Shown here one piece after another: positions 1 to 9,241 of a DNA stretch of 64,000 bases (position 1 is its first letter; each line of letters starts with the position of its first letter). The stretch covers positions 6,240,001-6,304,000 of the forward strand of contig CBDDPY010000002.1 of NCBI GenBank assembly GCA_965232515.1, given 5' to 3'. The notes below the pieces were generated by a model, which worked only from the letters and a program-made list of their open reading frames with translations, did not search any database and was not told the origin of the DNA. The DNA is from Alphaproteobacteria bacterium. Lineage in GTDB: Bacteria > Pseudomonadota > Alphaproteobacteria > GCA-2731375. Position numbers and translations under genes: made by a program.

Positions 1-57
1 TGCAGGACAGCCTTGTGTCGATTGGTAATGGGCCGCCTCGGCCGAACGCTTAGGGCC

Positions 58-1050
58 TCACGACCTCCCCGGCTCGTCGACCAGTAGCACGACCTTGCCG
101 GTCGAGCGGCGCTCGGCGATCGCCTGCATGGCCTCGGGCGCCTGACGGAGCGGGAAGCGCATTGAGACGTGCGGGCGCAGCTGGCCGTCGGCGAGCCAGT
201 CGAGCAGCGTGGCCATATTGGTCCGGCTGGCGGCGGGATCGCGGTTGGCGAAGGTCTGGTAGGCGACGCCCACCAGGGCGACGCCCTTGAGCAGGGCGAG
301 GTTGGCCGGCACACGAGCGATACGGCCGCCGGCGAAGCCGATGATCAACAGCCGGCCCTGCCAATTGATGCAGCGCATGGCGGCATCCGTCATGTCGCCG
401 CCGACGGCGTCGAAGATCACATCGGCGCCGCGCCCGTCGGTCAGCGCCTTGACCTGATCGCGTAGCGGGCCCGCGGTGTAGTCGACGGTCTCATCGGCGC
501 CGTACTCGCGGCAGAGCGCCAGCTTGTCGGCGCTGCCGGCAGCGGCGATAACCCGCGCGCCCAGCAGCTTGCCGATCTCGACCGCGTTCAGACCGACGCC
601 GCCGGCGGCGCCGAGCACCAGCAGCGTCTCATCGGCGCGCAGCTCGCCGCGATCGATCAGCGCGTGATAGACCGTGCCGTAGGTCACGGGACAGGCAGCG
701 GCGATGGCGAAATCGATCCCATCCGGCAGCTTGAACGCGGTCGCGGCGGGCGCCACTACCTGTTCGGCGAAACAACCGTTCCAGGGATGCGCCGCCACCC
801 GATCGCCTGGCTTCAGATCGGTCACCCTGGCGCCGGTCTCAACGATCTCGCCGGCGCATTCCATGCCCGGCGAGAACGGAAACGGCGTCTTGAACTGGTA
901 CTTGCCCTGCACCACCAGGATGTCGGGAAAATTGACGCCGGCCGCGCGCACGGCGATGCGCACGTCGTCGGGGCCGATCTCGGGCGCCGGCAGCTCGCCG
1001 TATTCGAGGCTGTCCGGCTCGCCATAGGCCCGGCAGATCATGGCTTTCAT
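58..1050 (-). CDS. NADPH:quinone oxidoreductase (MDR/zeta-crystallin family)
   Basis: AAGVNFPD, PGMECAG, GAAGGVG and GKVVL motifs; start moved to MKAMICR at 1050. Confidence 0.9.
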   Translation of the reverse strand: MKAMICRAYGEPDSLEYGELPAPEIGPDDVRIAVRAAGVNFPDILVVQGKYQFKTPFPFSPGMECAGEIVETGARVTDLKPGDRVAAHPWNGCFAEQVVAPAATAFKLPDGIDFAIAAACPVTYGTVYHALIDRGELRADETLLVLGAAGGVGLNAVEIGKLLGARVIAAAGSADKLALCREYGADETVDYTAGPLRDQVKALTDGRGADVIFDAVGGDMTDAAMRCINWQGRLLIIGFAGGRIARVPANLALLKGVALVGVAYQTFANRDPAASRTNMATLLDWLADGQLRPHVSMRFPLRQAPEAMQAIAERRSTGKVVLLVDEPGRS

Positions 1051-1075
1051 GCACGCGCTCCCAACAACTCGGGGT

Positions 1076-1492
1076 TCAGGATTTCCCAAAAAACTCGATC
1101 TGATCCCAAGGCTCTATCCGCATGGCGGCAAGCCGGGTTCGCAGATCGCCGACATGGATTTCGAGCTTGTGGCCGTCCGGATCGCAGAAATAGAAGGAGT
1201 CGCCCTCCGACCGGTTCTCCGACCAAGTCTCGCACCTTTCGTGCCGCAGGGCCGCGACCAGCTTGTCGAAGTCCTGTCGGTCGCAGGAGAAGGCGACATG
1301 AGAATAGTCGGGCCGATGCATCGCCGAGGCGCCGTCGTCGACGACGAGCGCCAGCCAGGTTCCGCCGGCCGTCAGATAGGCGCCGGTCGACCAGCGGGCC
1401 ACGGGATCGCAGCCCAGAACGCGCACGTAGAAGTCAAAGGAGCGGTCAAGGTCGGCGACAGCGAAAGTCAGATGATTGATGCCGATGGCCAT
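1076..1492 (-). CDS. FosA-like glutathione transferase (VOC family)
   Basis: INHLTFAV, ARWSTGAYL, DYSHVAF and W.ENRSEGDSFYF.DPDGHKLEIH closely follow FosA. Confidence 0.8.
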   Translation of the reverse strand: MAIGINHLTFAVADLDRSFDFYVRVLGCDPVARWSTGAYLTAGGTWLALVVDDGASAMHRPDYSHVAFSCDRQDFDKLVAALRHERCETWSENRSEGDSFYFCDPDGHKLEIHVGDLRTRLAAMRIEPWDQIEFFGKS

Positions 1493-1515
1493 GACTGCCG
1501 CGCCCGCCGTGTCGC

Positions 1516-2823
1516 CTAGACCGGCAACCGCACCAGTGCCCGCAGTCCGCCGTCGGGCGAGGTGTCGAGCGTGACATCGCCGCCGTGGCTGCGGATGGTA
1601 TCGCGCGCGATGGCGAGACCCAGACCGATACCGCCGGTCTCGCGGTTGCGCGAGTCCTCGAGGCGGTAGAAGGGTCGGAACACGGCGCCGCGCTCGGCCG
1701 GCGGAATTCCGGGGCCGTCGTCGTCGACAGTGATCAGAATGGAGTCCGACAATCGCCGCGCCGTGACCCGCGTGCGCTGGGCATAGCGGCGGGCATTATC
1801 GACGAGATTGTTGACGCAGCGCTTCAGCGCCTGCCGTTTCACGGCCATGACCATGTCGCCGTCCGTGTCCAGCTCGACCGTGGCGCCGTTGCGCCGCGCC
1901 CGTTCGGCGATCTCGTTCAGCAGCGCGCCGACATCCGTGTCGACGGCGCTCTCGCCATCGGCGCCGCGGGCGAACGACAGGTAGCCGTCGACCATGCGCT
2001 CCATCTCTTCGACGTCGGCCTTCATGTCGGCGGCCTCGGGCCGGTCGCCAAGCATCTCCAGCGCCAGCTTCATGCGCGTGAGCGGCGTCCGCAGGTCATG
2101 ACTGACACCGGCCAGCATCTCCGTGCGCTGCCGGATCTGACGTTGGATGCGTTCGGCCATCTTGATGAAAGCAGCGGATGCCTGACGGACTTCGGCCGCG
2201 CCGGCGGGCTTGAAGTCATTAACCTCCTGGCCCTTGCCGAAACGGTCCGCCGCGTCTGCCAGGCGGTCGATTGGTCGGATCTGGTTGCGCAGGAACAGAA
2301 TGGCGATGGTCAGCAACAGCAGGGAGGTGCCGACCATCCAGAAGAAAAAGATGTGCGCCGTGCTGGTGGTAAAGCGATTCTGCGGCACCAGCACGACCAG
2401 AAGGCCATCGTCGACCTCGACGCGCAGACGGTAAGCCTCGAATTCCGGATGCGGCTCGACCACGAAGGGCTGCCTGATGCCGATCTCGAGGGTTCGGAAC
2501 AGCACCTTTTCCAACGGTGTCGCCGCCACCGACTCGACGTCGGTCGGCAACTTGGCGTCTGCAACGAGCGCGACGTTCATGTTCATGTAGCGGCGTGCGC
2601 TGTCGAGGAATTTGTCGCGCGCCTCGGCCCCCGGAAATTGCGCCATCGATGAAATCAGGAAACTGATATCGCCGGCGACGGCGCGGGACATGCGGCGCGC
2701 GACGGTTTCGAGATGACGGTCGTAGAAGACGATGGCGGAAACGACCTGCAGCAGGACGACCGGCGTAACGATAATGATCAGCGAGCGTCCGAACAGCGAG
2801 CTCGGCATCAGGTTTTTCAGCAT
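1516..2823 (-). CDS. EnvZ-like sensor histidine kinase
   Basis: Two TM segments, HAMP, H-box GVSHDLRTPL, N-box NLVDNA, DDDGPG, GLGLAI; start at MLKNLMP (2823). Confidence 0.9.
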   Translation of the reverse strand: MLKNLMPSSLFGRSLIIIVTPVVLLQVVSAIVFYDRHLETVARRMSRAVAGDISFLISSMAQFPGAEARDKFLDSARRYMNMNVALVADAKLPTDVESVAATPLEKVLFRTLEIGIRQPFVVEPHPEFEAYRLRVEVDDGLLVVLVPQNRFTTSTAHIFFFWMVGTSLLLLTIAILFLRNQIRPIDRLADAADRFGKGQEVNDFKPAGAAEVRQASAAFIKMAERIQRQIRQRTEMLAGVSHDLRTPLTRMKLALEMLGDRPEAADMKADVEEMERMVDGYLSFARGADGESAVDTDVGALLNEIAERARRNGATVELDTDGDMVMAVKRQALKRCVNNLVDNARRYAQRTRVTARRLSDSILITVDDDGPGIPPAERGAVFRPFYRLEDSRNRETGGIGLGLAIARDTIRSHGGDVTLDTSPDGGLRALVRLPV

Positions 2824-2852
2824 GATCTCAAATCGTTGTCCAGAAAGAGCGT

Positions 2853-3530
2853 CTAGTCGGGCCAAAGCACATAGCCTTGTCCCCAGACGGTTTGCAGATA
2901 GCGTGGCGCTTTCGGATCGGGTTCGATCTTGCGGCGCAGGCGCGTGATCTGAACATCGACCGCGCGACTGGTCGCGTCGCCCGATTGGGTCATCAGTTCG
3001 CTGCGACTGATGGTGTTGCCGGGATTGCGCGCGAAGGTGCGCAGCAGTTCGGCCTCGCTGGAGGTCAGCCGCACCATCTTGTTCTTGCGCCGCAACTCGC
3101 CGCGTTCGATGTCGAAATCGCAATCGCCGAGCTTGACCCGGGCCGGCGTTTCGCGGCGGTCGCGGCCGCGGCGCAGGATCGCCTCGATGCGCAGCACCAG
3201 TTCGCGCGGCTCGAACGGCTTGGCGAGGTAGTCGTCGGCGCCGGTCTCGAGGCCGGCAATGCGGTCCGCGGTCTCGCTCATCGCCGTCAGCAGCAGGATC
3301 GGAATGTCGCTGGTCGCGCGCAATCGGCGCGCCAGGTCCAGACCGCTCTCGCCCGGCATCATCACGTCGATCACCAGAAGGTCGAAGGTGAGGCCGGACA
3401 TGCGCGCCCAGGCATCCGCGGCATCCGCCGCCGTGCTGACCCGGAACCCGCACTTGGTCAGATACCGGCGCAGCAGATCCCGCAGACGGCTGTCATCGTC
3501 GACGACGAGAATGTGACTGCTGTCAATCAT
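2853..3530 (-). CDS. OmpR-family response regulator
   Basis: ILVVDDD, DVMMPG, DDYLAKPF and winged-helix C-terminus RAVDVQITRLRRKIE. Confidence 0.93.
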   Translation of the reverse strand: MIDSSHILVVDDDSRLRDLLRRYLTKCGFRVSTAADAADAWARMSGLTFDLLVIDVMMPGESGLDLARRLRATSDIPILLLTAMSETADRIAGLETGADDYLAKPFEPRELVLRIEAILRRGRDRRETPARVKLGDCDFDIERGELRRKNKMVRLTSSEAELLRTFARNPGNTISRSELMTQSGDATSRAVDVQITRLRRKIEPDPKAPRYLQTVWGQGYVLWPD

Positions 3531-3569
3531 GTTCCAGGCGCAGGGTTTAACGCGCGCCGGGCATCGTCG

Positions 3570-4073
3570 CTAGGGTTTTTCGATCGAGTCGAGGATGGTT
3601 TCTCGCTCCGCCTCGTTGATCAGCCCTGCCAGCACCTTGCGATAGGCCGCGACTGCTTCGGCGCCGGCCTCGCGGTAGGCCCGCGCGACGCGCGCGCGTT
3701 GCGGCTTCGACAGTTTCTGCTCGAGATCGATACCCTTGTCGGTGAGGTAGAGCAGACGCTGCCGCCGGTCGCGCACGCCTTTCTCCTGCCGCACGAATCC
3801 CTGCTCGACAAGCTGGCTGAGCACCCGGCTCAGGCTCTGCTTGGTAATGCGCAGAATGCCGAGTAGCTGTGCGACCGAGATGCCCGGGTTGCGGCCGACA
3901 AAATGCACGACGCGATGATGTGCGCGGCCGAAATTGTATTCCTTCAGGATGGTGTCGGGATCGCTGGTGAAGTCCCGGTAGGCATAGAACAGCAGTTCGA
4001 TGCCTTTGCGCAGTTCCTCGTCGCGCAGAAAGAGCGGGTTCGGTCCGGCCGACAGGTCCGACATGGCGGCCAT
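3570..4073 (-). CDS. MarR-family transcriptional regulator (PetP-like)
   Basis: FGRAHHRV, ITKQSLSRVL and DRRQRLLYLT; sits upstream of the OmpR/EnvZ pair and divergent from ilvE. Confidence 0.88.
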   Translation of the reverse strand: MAAMSDLSAGPNPLFLRDEELRKGIELLFYAYRDFTSDPDTILKEYNFGRAHHRVVHFVGRNPGISVAQLLGILRITKQSLSRVLSQLVEQGFVRQEKGVRDRRQRLLYLTDKGIDLEQKLSKPQRARVARAYREAGAEAVAAYRKVLAGLINEAERETILDSIEKP

Positions 4074-4112
4074 GCTACACCGAGTGCGTCAGCTTTGCTG
4101 TCATATTTTTGG

Positions 4113-4151
4113 GTCAGTAGTGTTGACATATTTTCGACGGAATGTTACGTA
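4113..4151 (+). promoter_or_regulatory. sigma70-like ilvE promoter overlapped by a GTCA-N7-TGAC palindrome
   Basis: TTGACA (4123-4128), 17 nt spacer, TACGTA (4146-4151); GTCAgtagtgtTGAC at 4113-4127. Confidence 0.5.
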
Positions 4152-4194
4152 AGGATCAGTTTCCGCGACACAAAAGAACCAGGGAAGCGCGATC

Positions 4195-5079
4195 ATGGCA
4201 ATAATCCCTTACGACGAGCTTGAGGGCTCGATCTGGTACAACGGCGCATTGACGCCGTGGAAGGACACCAAGGTCCATGTCCTGACGCACGGGCTGCACT
4301 ACGCCAGCTGCGTGTTCGAAGGCCAGCGGGTCTATGACGGTCAGATCTTCAAGCTGGAAGAGCATACCGATCGCCTGATCAATTCGGCCAGGATCCTCGA
4401 TTTCGAGATTCCGTACACGGCCGAGCAGATCAATCAAGCCAATCGCGAAGTCGTGGCAGCGAACCGCATCGTCGACGGCTACGTGCGACCGGTGGCCTGG
4501 CGCGGCTCGGAAATGATGGGCGTGTCGGCGCAGGCCAATACCATTCACCTCGCCATCGCCGCCTGGCAGTGGCCGTCCTACTTCTCGCCGGAAGCCCGGC
4601 TGAAGGGTATCCGCATGACGATTTCGCCCTGGCGGCGGCCGGCGCCCGATACGGCGCCGGTGCATTCCAAGGCGGCCGGCCTCTACATGATCTGCACCAT
4701 GTCGAAGCACGCGGCCGAGGCCAAGGGTTACGAGGACGCGCTGATGCTGGATTGGCGTGGCCAGGTCGCGGAAGCCACGGGCGCCAATATCTTCCTGGCG
4801 ATCGACGGCGTGCTGCACACGCCGACGCCGGACTGCTTCCTGGACGGCATCACCCGCCGCACGGTGATCGACATGGCCCGCGCCCGCGGTATCGAGGTGG
4901 TCGAGCGGACGATCATGCCGGAGGAGCTGACCAAGGCCGACGAGGTCTTCCTGACCGGCACGGCGGCCGAGGTGACGCCGGTGTCGGAGATCGACGACTA
5001 TCGTTTCACGGTGGGACCGATCGCGCGGCAGATGATCGAGGATTACGACGCGGCGGTGCGCCTGCGCAAGGCGGCGTAA
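4195..5079 (+). CDS. ilvE: branched-chain amino acid aminotransferase
   Basis: LHYASCVFEG, KAAGLY, EATGANIF, LDGITR, FLTGTAAEVTPV (class IV PLP enzyme). Confidence 0.95.
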   Translation: MAIIPYDELEGSIWYNGALTPWKDTKVHVLTHGLHYASCVFEGQRVYDGQIFKLEEHTDRLINSARILDFEIPYTAEQINQANREVVAANRIVDGYVRPVAWRGSEMMGVSAQANTIHLAIAAWQWPSYFSPEARLKGIRMTISPWRRPAPDTAPVHSKAAGLYMICTMSKHAAEAKGYEDALMLDWRGQVAEATGANIFLAIDGVLHTPTPDCFLDGITRRTVIDMARARGIEVVERTIMPEELTKADEVFLTGTAAEVTPVSEIDDYRFTVGPIARQMIEDYDAAVRLRKAA

Positions 5080-5104
5080 GCACCTCGGTCACCAAGAACA
5101 ATAG

Positions 5105-5144
5105 ACGGCGTGGCCATGGAGAATTGGCCGCGCCGTTCTTTTTT
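5105..5144 (+). terminator. intrinsic terminator after ilvE
   Basis: acggcgtggcca / tggccgcgccgt stem followed by tctttttt. Confidence 0.75.
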
Positions 5145-5164
5145 GCCGGTGCGCCGGCACGTGC

Positions 5165-5941
5165 TCAAAACTTGTTGTAGCCGCCGTCGATCAGGAAGGT
5201 ATCGCCGGAGTGGTAGGCGCTGGCGTCCGACATGAGGTAGACGGCAATGCCGCCGAAATCATCGGGTTGGCCCCAGCGGCGGGCCGGGATCCGCGGAATG
5301 ACGGCATCGGAGAATTTCTGCCAGTTGACCAGGCGTTCGGTCATGGCGGTCTCGATCCAGCCGGGCAGGATGACGTTCGCGGTGACGCGGTAGCGGGCCA
5401 TTTCGACGGCGAGCGCATAGATCATTGAGACCATGCCGCCCTTGGTGGCGGCATAGTGCTGGCCGCGCGCCTGACCCGACAGCGCGGCGAGGCTGGCGGT
5501 GCCGACCAGGCGGCCGCCATCGCCACGCTCGGCCATGTGCCGGCAGGCCGCGCGCAGGGTGAAGAAGGCGCCGTCCAGATTGACGCCGGTCACGCGCCGC
5601 CATTCATCCGTCGTCATCTCCATGAACGACGGCGCGTTGCCGCCGCCGCTGACGCCGGCATTGGCGAAGCAGCCGTCGACCCGGCCGAACTGCGACAGGG
5701 TGTCGGAAAACGCGTGCTCGACGGCGGCCTCGTCGGCGACATTGCATTGGATGGCCGCGACCTTGCCGCCGTGCCCCTCCAGTTTGGCAAGCGCGGCGGC
5801 GTTGTTTTCGGCGCTGCTGCCCCAGATGCACACGTCGCCACCGGCGCGCGCGATGGCCTCGGCCATGCCGAGCCCGATGCCGCGATTGCCGCCGGTGATC
5901 AATGCCACCTTGCCACTCAGATCGAAGGGGTTGTCGGCCAT
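5165..5941 (-). CDS. SDR-family oxidoreductase
   Basis: TGGNRGIG, ANAG, YAATK, PGWIET. Confidence 0.92.
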   Translation of the reverse strand: MADNPFDLSGKVALITGGNRGIGLGMAEAIARAGGDVCIWGSSAENNAAALAKLEGHGGKVAAIQCNVADEAAVEHAFSDTLSQFGRVDGCFANAGVSGGGNAPSFMEMTTDEWRRVTGVNLDGAFFTLRAACRHMAERGDGGRLVGTASLAALSGQARGQHYAATKGGMVSMIYALAVEMARYRVTANVILPGWIETAMTERLVNWQKFSDAVIPRIPARRWGQPDDFGGIAVYLMSDASAYHSGDTFLIDGGYNKF

Positions 5942-5960
5942 ATCGGTGTTTTTCTCCCGT

Positions 5961-6413
5961 TCAGTTTTTCGCCCATTTTTCCGCCGCCGCGTCGTCGCTC
6001 GCCCGGGCTTCGACCCAGGCCGCGCCCGTGTCGGTGTCCTCCAGCTTCCAGAACGGCGCCTTGGTCTTCAGCCAGTCGACCAGGAACATGCAAGATTCGA
6101 AAGCGGCCTGACGGTGGGCCGAGGCCGTGGCGCAGAGCACGATCCGGTCACCCGGCCGCAGCTCGCCATACCGGTGGACGATGAGCACGGCGTCGAGCGG
6201 CCAGCGGCCGCGGGCCTCCGCCTCGATCTCGGCCAGCATCTTTTCGGTCATGCCGGGGTAGTGCTCCAGCGTCATGGCGGAGACGCCGACCCCGTCATTC
6301 ATGTCGCGGACCAGGCCGACGAACGACGCCACGCCGCCGATGTCGGTGCGGCCGTCGCTCAATGCCGCGAGCTCGGCGCCGACATCGAAATCCTCACGCT
6401 GGACCCGGATCAT
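5961..6413 (-). CDS. moaE: molybdopterin synthase catalytic subunit
   Basis: FVGLVR, LEHYPGM, HR..AF, LKTKAPFWKLE; start MIRVQREDF. Confidence 0.93.
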   Translation of the reverse strand: MIRVQREDFDVGAELAALSDGRTDIGGVASFVGLVRDMNDGVGVSAMTLEHYPGMTEKMLAEIEAEARGRWPLDAVLIVHRYGELRPGDRIVLCATASAHRQAAFESCMFLVDWLKTKAPFWKLEDTDTGAAWVEARASDDAAAEKWAKN

Positions 6414-6417
6414 AGGC

Positions 6418-6669
6418 TCAGCCACCCGTGACCGGTGGGAAGAAGGCGATCTCGTCGCCTGGCGCCACCGCCGCGTCGGCCTGCGCGAAGTCCTGGTTGA
6501 CGGCGCAGCGCACGGCGCCGAGATCGGCAAACGCCTCGGCATGGCCGTCGGAGCGCTGCGTCAGCCAGTCGATCAGACCGCCGACGGTGGTCACGTCAGC
6601 CGGAGGCTCGACCGTCTCTTCGGCCAGTCCCACCTTGGTCTTCAGCCAGGCAAAGTAAAGAATCTTCAC
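6418..6669 (-). CDS. moaD: molybdopterin synthase sulfur carrier
   Basis: ILYFAW start and C-terminal FFPPVTGG. Confidence 0.95.
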   Translation of the reverse strand: MKILYFAWLKTKVGLAEETVEPPADVTTVGGLIDWLTQRSDGHAEAFADLGAVRCAVNQDFAQADAAVAPGDEIAFFPPVTGG

Positions 6670-6738
6670 GCCGCATCCCTATCGCGTGGTGGCTACCGGC
6701 AGAATATCAGACAAAACCATCAGACGACGTGCAAATGG

Positions 6739-7995
6739 TCAGCCGACGACCTCATTGAACGGCAGAAAGTCGACCGGGCTGCCGGGATCGAGCTGGGTCA
6801 GCTCTTCCGGCAGCTCAACCAGCCCGTCGGAATCGACCATCGAGGTCAGAACCCCGGAACCCTGGCGATCGAACTTGCGGGCGACCAGCACGCCATCGCC
6901 GCCGCGCACCAGCCGCGCGCGGACCCATTCGCGGCGGTCGCGTTTCTTCCGGTGCGCGAAGTCAGCCGGCACCCGAAACAGCGTCGGTTCGACATCGGTC
7001 GCGCCGGCGAGCCGCAGGATCAGCGGCCGGGCGAAGCGCAGAAAGCAGATCATCGCGGCGACCGGATTGCCCGGCAACCCGACGATCGGCGTGCGCCCCA
7101 CCTGGCCCAGCGCCAGAGGGCGGCCGGGCTTGATGGCCAGCCGCCAGAAATGCAGGTTGCCCAGCGCCTCGACCGCCGCCTTAACATGGTCCTCGTCGCC
7201 GGTCGACATGCCGCCCGAGGTGATCAGCAGATCATGGCCGTCCGTGGCGGCGGCAAGCGCGTGGCGCACATCGTCGGCGTCGTCGGCGAGGATGCCGAGG
7301 TCGTCGACCTCGCAGCCGAGGTTCTGCAGCAAAGCGACCAGAACCCGCCGGTTGCTGTCGAAGACGCCGCCCGGCCGGAGTGGCTGTCCCGGCTCCTGAA
7401 GCTCGTCGCCGGTCGAAAACGCCGCCACCCGCAGACGCCGGTAGAGGTGCAACCGATCGCGGCCGATTGCCGCCAGTACGCCCAGATCCTGCGGCCGGAG
7501 ACGATGTCCGCGGCGCAGCACGATATCGCCGCGGGCGATGTCCTCGCCGGCCTTACGCCGGTTGGCGCCGGTCTTCAGGCCGGGCGGGACCAGCACGTCG
7601 TCGCCGTCCCGCGCCACATCTTCCTGCATGACCACGGTGTCGGTGCCGGCCGGCATCACCGCGCCGGTGAAGATCCTGGCGGCCTCGGCCTTGCCGATGG
7701 CGGTCTTTGCGGGGTGACCGGCCGCGGCCCGGGCGCGGACGGCGAGCCTGGTCTCGGCGTCGGGGCATAGATCGGCGAAGCGCAGGGCGAAACCATCGAC
7801 GGCGGCATTGTCGTGCTGCGGCACGTCGACCGCGGATACAATATCTTCGGCCAGCACGCGTCCGCGGGCATCTGCCAACGCAACGTCGTCGATCTCGGCC
7901 ACCGGCACGACGCGCTGGTTCAGCACGGCCAGCGCATCCGCCATGGTCATCAGATTGCCGCCGAATGCAAAGCAGTCGTCGGTCAGTTGCGTCAT
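6739..7995 (-). CDS. moeA: molybdopterin molybdotransferase
   Basis: AVDGFA, IFTGA, STGDEL, DSN, KPGRP, LPGNP motifs. Confidence 0.93.
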   Translation of the reverse strand: MTQLTDDCFAFGGNLMTMADALAVLNQRVVPVAEIDDVALADARGRVLAEDIVSAVDVPQHDNAAVDGFALRFADLCPDAETRLAVRARAAAGHPAKTAIGKAEAARIFTGAVMPAGTDTVVMQEDVARDGDDVLVPPGLKTGANRRKAGEDIARGDIVLRRGHRLRPQDLGVLAAIGRDRLHLYRRLRVAAFSTGDELQEPGQPLRPGGVFDSNRRVLVALLQNLGCEVDDLGILADDADDVRHALAAATDGHDLLITSGGMSTGDEDHVKAAVEALGNLHFWRLAIKPGRPLALGQVGRTPIVGLPGNPVAAMICFLRFARPLILRLAGATDVEPTLFRVPADFAHRKKRDRREWVRARLVRGGDGVLVARKFDRQGSGVLTSMVDSDGLVELPEELTQLDPGSPVDFLPFNEVVG

Positions 7996-8501
7996 GCCGC
8001 CGCATCCTCGAAACCGCAAGCCCTCATTACGATGTCGGCAATTGCCGCCACATCGTCAAGAACGACAACGGGCACCGGCGCGTTCGGCAGTGGGATATCG
8101 GACGCGATCGCCTTGATGTACGGGTCATCCGCGGCGAGCAGCGGCTTGCCGACGGCGGCGCGATAAACTTCAAGCTTGTCGTGCGCTTCGTGTTTGAAGC
8201 CCTCGACCAGGACCAGATCGACCGGCGACATGTGGGCCAGCAATTCGCCGAGATCGGCCTCCGGCATGTCCCGGTTTTCATGCATCAGCGCCCAGCGTTT
8301 GCCGGACGAGACCATGACCTCGCGGGCCCCGGCCTCGCGGTGCCGGTACGAATCCTTGCCTGGTTTGTCGACATCGAACGCGTGATGCGCATGCTTGACC
8401 GTCGACACCGTCAGACCGCGGGCAATCAGCTCCGGCAGGAGCCGGATCATCAATGTCGTCTTGCCGCTGCCGCTCCAACCCGCGAGCCCGAAAACTTTCA
8501 T
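7992..8501 (-). CDS. mobB: molybdopterin-guanine dinucleotide biosynthesis protein B
   Basis: GWSGSGKTT, KHAHH.FD.D.PGKDS, VEGFK; start at 8501. Confidence 0.93.
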   Translation of the reverse strand: MKVFGLAGWSGSGKTTLMIRLLPELIARGLTVSTVKHAHHAFDVDKPGKDSYRHREAGAREVMVSSGKRWALMHENRDMPEADLGELLAHMSPVDLVLVEGFKHEAHDKLEVYRAAVGKPLLAADDPYIKAIASDIPLPNAPVPVVVLDDVAAIADIVMRACGFEDAAA

Positions 8502-9139
8502 GTATCGTCGGTTCCGGTGCGCCGCACGTGGGCCAATTCGGTATCTGGGTGCGTGTCCTGATCGGGGGCGGGCGCCGGCGGCGCCGGCTCCGTCATGTGC
8601 CGCAGACCCAGGCGCAGATAGTCGTAGCCCGTGAAGACGGTCAACGTCGCCGCCAGCCAAAGTCCGGCCACGCCGATTTCGATGACCGGAATTACGTGCC
8701 AGCCGGCGTCACCGACGATCAGAAAGCCGATGGCCAGCATCTGTACGCCGGTCTTCCACTTCGCCAGCCGGCTGACCGGCATGCCGACGCGCAGCTCGGC
8801 GAGATACTCGCGCAGGCCCGAGACCATGATTTCGCGGCAGAGGATCAGGACCGCCGGCAGAATGGTCCAGTCGTCGATCCGGCCGACATGCACCAGCATC
8901 AACAGCGTCGCCGCGACCAGCAGCTTGTCGGCGACCGGATCCAGGAACCGGCCGAGGCCCGAGACCTCGTTGCGGCTGCGGGCCAGATGGCCGTCCAGCC
9001 AGTCGGTCACGCCGGCTGCGGCGAACAGCGCCAGCGCCACCCAGTTGCCCAGCGGCGACGAGAGGTAAAAAGACGCGATCAGCGCCGGGATCACGAGGAT
9101 CCGCGACACCGTCAGCAAATTGGGCAAGCTGGTGATCAT
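8498..9139 (-). CDS. pgsA: CDP-diacylglycerol--glycerol-3-phosphate 3-phosphatidyltransferase
   Basis: PNLLT..R, TDWLDG.LAR...G.FLDPVADK; follows uvrC. Confidence 0.95.
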   Translation of the reverse strand: MITSLPNLLTVSRILVIPALIASFYLSSPLGNWVALALFAAAGVTDWLDGHLARSRNEVSGLGRFLDPVADKLLVAATLLMLVHVGRIDDWTILPAVLILCREIMVSGLREYLAELRVGMPVSRLAKWKTGVQMLAIGFLIVGDAGWHVIPVIEIGVAGLWLAATLTVFTGYDYLRLGLRHMTEPAPPAPAPDQDTHPDTELAHVRRTGTDDT

Positions 9140-9241
9140 GCCGTCGGTTCCCCGCGGTCGTTGGGCGCCATCCTAACGCAACAATCTTGGTCGGGCGAGG
9201 GGCGGACAACGTACCGGACCCCGCGGCCGCCGGTATAAAAC

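Noticed and set aside
2824-3453. N-terminal extension of the 645-aa ORF, suggesting a large hybrid kinase
   Set aside because: It is an alternate frame over the response regulator; the kinase starts at 2823
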